A stretch of DNA of 64,000 nucleotides, taken from contig JBNJGY010000001.1 of NCBI GenBank assembly GCA_051748045.1, positions 64,001 to 128,000 on the forward strand, read 5' to 3'. This stretch comes from Thermotogota bacterium. Its GTDB lineage: Bacteria > Thermotogota > Thermotogae > Petrotogales > Petrotogaceae. The translations under genes were made by a program, and so were the position numbers. Under the pieces are notes generated by a model. The model was not told the DNA's origin and made no database searches. It saw only the letters and a program-made list of their open reading frames with translations. Below, in pieces: positions 61,454 to 64,000 of the stretch (within the stretch, counting starts at the first letter, position 1; the number at the start of each line of letters is the position of its first letter).

Positions 61454-62687
61454 AGTATTTTTTTAACCAAGACCATATTTTTTTTATTCTTTCTCCTATC
61501 TTTTTTTCTAAACCATTATTTTTTGGATTATAAAATGTTACATCTTTATAATTTTCTGGCATATATTTTTCTTTTATATATCCACCAAAATCATGAGGGT
61601 ATTTATAATTATTTCCATAACCCTGTTTTTTCATATTTTTATTAATTGCATTCATTAAATGAAAAGGAATTCTAAAATTATTATTTTTTATAAATTCTTT
61701 TGCTTTTAAATATGCTTTATATGAACTATTCGATTTAGGTGCTGCAGCTAAATAGACAGTTGCTTCTGAAAGAGGTATAAAACATTCTGGATAACCTATT
61801 TGCTCAGTGGCTGTCATAGCAGAAACTGCAATGTTCAATGCGTTTGGATCTGCTAAACCTATGTCTTCTCCAGCTAAAATTACTATTCTTCTTGCAAGAT
61901 ACATAGGATCTTCACCATTTTCAAGCATGTAACTAAGATATAATAAAGCTGCATCAGGGTCGCTTCCTCTAACACTCTTGATAAAGGCAGAAATATATGA
62001 ATACTTATCATCAACATCATAATGCATTGTTTTTCCTGTAAAATCATCTACTTCATTTAAATCGATATTTTTAGTTCCACTTTCTACTATTGCTTCAACA
62101 AAATTAATTATTCTTCTCAAATCTCCATTGGAATAATTGATAATTTCTTTTTTCGCTTTTTCTGTTATTTTTATTCCTTTGTAAAAATTTTCTATCCTTT
62201 CAAAAACAATTTTATATTCTTCTTCATCAAATTCTTTTATTTTAAAAAGATTCACTCTAGATAACAAAGCAGGGTTTAATCTTACTGCTGGATTTTCTGT
62301 TGTTGCTCCAAAAAGTATTACGTCACCATTTTCTACATTTAAAAGCAATGTATCTTGCTCTGCTCTGTTTAATCTGTGAATTTCATCCACAAAAAGAATT
62401 TTTTGTTTTGAAAATAGATTATCTTCTTTATTTACTATTGACTTCAGTGTTTTAGCACCTTCTAAAGCTCCAGAAATTTGATATATTTCGTAATCTGATT
62501 CAATTTCATTTATTATAGCTTTAATGAAAGTTGATTTCCCAGATCCTGGAGGCCCATACACTACAAAAGATCTGATAGATTTATTGTCTATCCATTTTCT
62601 AAAAATGTTTTTCAACTTTTCATTACCTATTATTTCTTCAATTTTTTTAGGCCTTAGGATTTCTGATAAAGGATTTGATGATTTCAT
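61452..62687 (-). CDS. rarA: Replication-associated recombination protein A
   Basis: PL..LRP, GPPGSGKS, VDEIHR, GATTENP, SAFIKSVRGSDPDAA, YKYPHD. Confidence 0.95.
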   Translation of the reverse strand: MKSSNPLSEILRPKKIEEIIGNEKLKNIFRKWIDNKSIRSFVVYGPPGSGKSTFIKAIINEIESDYEIYQISGALEGAKTLKSIVNKEDNLFSKQKILFVDEIHRLNRAEQDTLLLNVENGDVILFGATTENPAVRLNPALLSRVNLFKIKEFDEEEYKIVFERIENFYKGIKITEKAKKEIINYSNGDLRRIINFVEAIVESGTKNIDLNEVDDFTGKTMHYDVDDKYSYISAFIKSVRGSDPDAALLYLSYMLENGEDPMYLARRIVILAGEDIGLADPNALNIAVSAMTATEQIGYPECFIPLSEATVYLAAAPKSNSSYKAYLKAKEFIKNNNFRIPFHLMNAINKNMKKQGYGNNYKYPHDFGGYIKEKYMPENYKDVTFYNPKNNGLEKKIGERIKKIWSWLKKY

Positions 62688-62754
62688 TTTTTACTCCCCT
62701 TTTTAAAGTATACATAATAATAATATCATAAAATTTGTATAAAAAAAGGAGAGA

Positions 62755-63018
62755 TTAAATTCTCTCCAAATAAAATTTTGTTTCTTCTTCTAAATCGTTT
62801 ATAGAAAAGTTTCTTACCCATCTATTGAGTTCTTGATTTTCATGTTCTACAATTAAGACAGGAACAGCAAAAATAAGCTTTTGGGCTGCTATATCAGGTT
62901 GTTTTTTTGTATCAACAATTTCTACATCTATATTGTATTTTTCTGCTATATTTTTTACTTTGGGTAATATTGCTTTACAAACTCCACAACCATCATGTTT
63001 AAAATATTGAAATTTCAT
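62755..63018 (-). CDS. Thioredoxin family protein
   Basis: CGVC motif, AVP cis-Pro. Confidence 0.88.
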   Translation of the reverse strand: MKFQYFKHDGCGVCKAILPKVKNIAEKYNIDVEIVDTKKQPDIAAQKLIFAVPVLIVEHENQELNRWVRNFSINDLEEETKFYLERI

Positions 63019-63134
63019 TTATACCCCTCCTATGTATTTTTATAATTATAATATATTAATATGAAGAAAAAATGTATTAATTCTTTCAAGTATGTATGTT
63101 ATAATTGGTTTATATATATTTGGGAGGTGGGAAA

Positions 63135-64000
63135 ATGGCAGAATATGAAGTTTTTAATCCTGAAGAAAATGAAAATCAGGAACCTAAGAGAAATAAAACT
63201 CCTCATATCAAGACCATAATATCCATTATAGTTATTATTTTAATTGGAATTTACTTATCAACAGGTGTTTATCAAGTAGGCTCTTCAGAAGTAGCCTTAG
63301 TAAAAACATTTGGTAAATATCAATCTACACAGGGCCCAGGAATACACATTCATGCTCCAATTCCTTTTCAATCACATGTGATTATAGATACTAGAAGTGT
63401 TAAAAAAGTTGAAATAGGTTTTAGGACAACAAGAGGGGGATCTAACCCATCTTATTCTACTTTAGATCAAGAATCAAATATAATCACAGGTGATGAAAAC
63501 ATACTACATATTGAAGCTGTTGTTCAATATAGAATTAGAAATCCAGAAAAAGCAGCCTTTAGAATTATTGATGATTATAATTTGGTTAAATTTACTACAG
63601 AAAGTATTTTAAGAGAAAGAGTCGCACTTTCAGGAATTGATGATGTTCTTACCTCTGAGAGAGATTCAATAGCTATGAGAGCTTCTGAGCTTGTTCAAGA
63701 AACGCTTGATACTTATGATTCAGGTATAATGATCGAAAGTGTTTTCTTACAAGATGTCACACCACCAGATCCTGTTGTTTCATCATTTGATGATGTAAAC
63801 AATGCAAAACAAGATAGAGAAAAAATAATCAATGAAGCCAATAGATATTCTAATGATATTCTTCCAAGAGCAGAAGGTGAAGCAGAACAAATTTTAAGAC
63901 AATCAGAAAGCTATGCTTTTGAACAGGTAGCAGAAGCTGAAGGAGAAACACAAAGATTCCTTGCTATACTAGAAGAATATAAAAATTCTGAAGAAGTAAC
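63135..64000 (+). CDS. hflK: FtsH protease modulator HflK (SPFH domain), truncated at the window edge
   Basis: Manual translation MAEYEVFNPEE...TM...GVYQVGSSEVALVKTFGK..GPGIH..ITGDEN..VQYRI..LQDVTPP..FDDVNNAKQD..ILPRAEGEA; GGAGGTG RBS. Confidence 0.92.
   Translation, partial: MAEYEVFNPEENENQEPKRNKTPHIKTIISIIVIILIGIYLSTGVYQVGSSEVALVKTFGKYQSTQGPGIHIHAPIPFQSHVIIDTRSVKKVEIGFRTTRGGSNPSYSTLDQESNIITGDENILHIEAVVQYRIRNPEKAAFRIIDDYNLVKFTTESILRERVALSGIDDVLTSERDSIAMRASELVQETLDTYDSGIMIESVFLQDVTPPDPVVSSFDDVNNAKQDREKIINEANRYSNDILPRAEGEAEQILRQSESYAFEQVAEAEGETQRFLAILEEYKNSEEV

Overview
A very AT-rich bacterial chromosomal window of mostly housekeeping genes. Gene content and protein styles suggest Thermotogota, probably Petrotogales (inference, not a database result). 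It holds gatAB, hslO, an HD hydrolase, a rhomboid protease, a ROK kinase and ispD. It also holds a lysine-riboswitch-controlled asd-lysA-dapA-dapB-dapH-lysC-aminotransferase-deacetylase operon without dapF, a heterodimeric ABC exporter, a MerR-methyltransferase fusion, csp, deoC, radC, maf, apbE and amrS/amrA. Further on are a complete, probably Na+-coupled F1Fo ATP synthase operon, an M18 aminopeptidase, glpX, an Opp/Dpp-family ABC importer with three paralogous binding proteins, rqcP, rarA, a thioredoxin and a partial hflK. No rRNA, tRNA, CRISPR array, transposase or prophage was seen. The most unusual part is the ~700-nt region upstream of the ABC exporter (27564-28260, minus strand), which the ORF track misses entirely. 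It contains a MerR-like dyad, a 38-aa leader ORF coupled to an antiterminator/terminator switch, a second tandem terminator built from the same AGCCATGGCT palindrome, and three RBS-led micro-ORFs. Two of these are paralogues ending KKxY[FY]E[VI][VI]SLI-stop.
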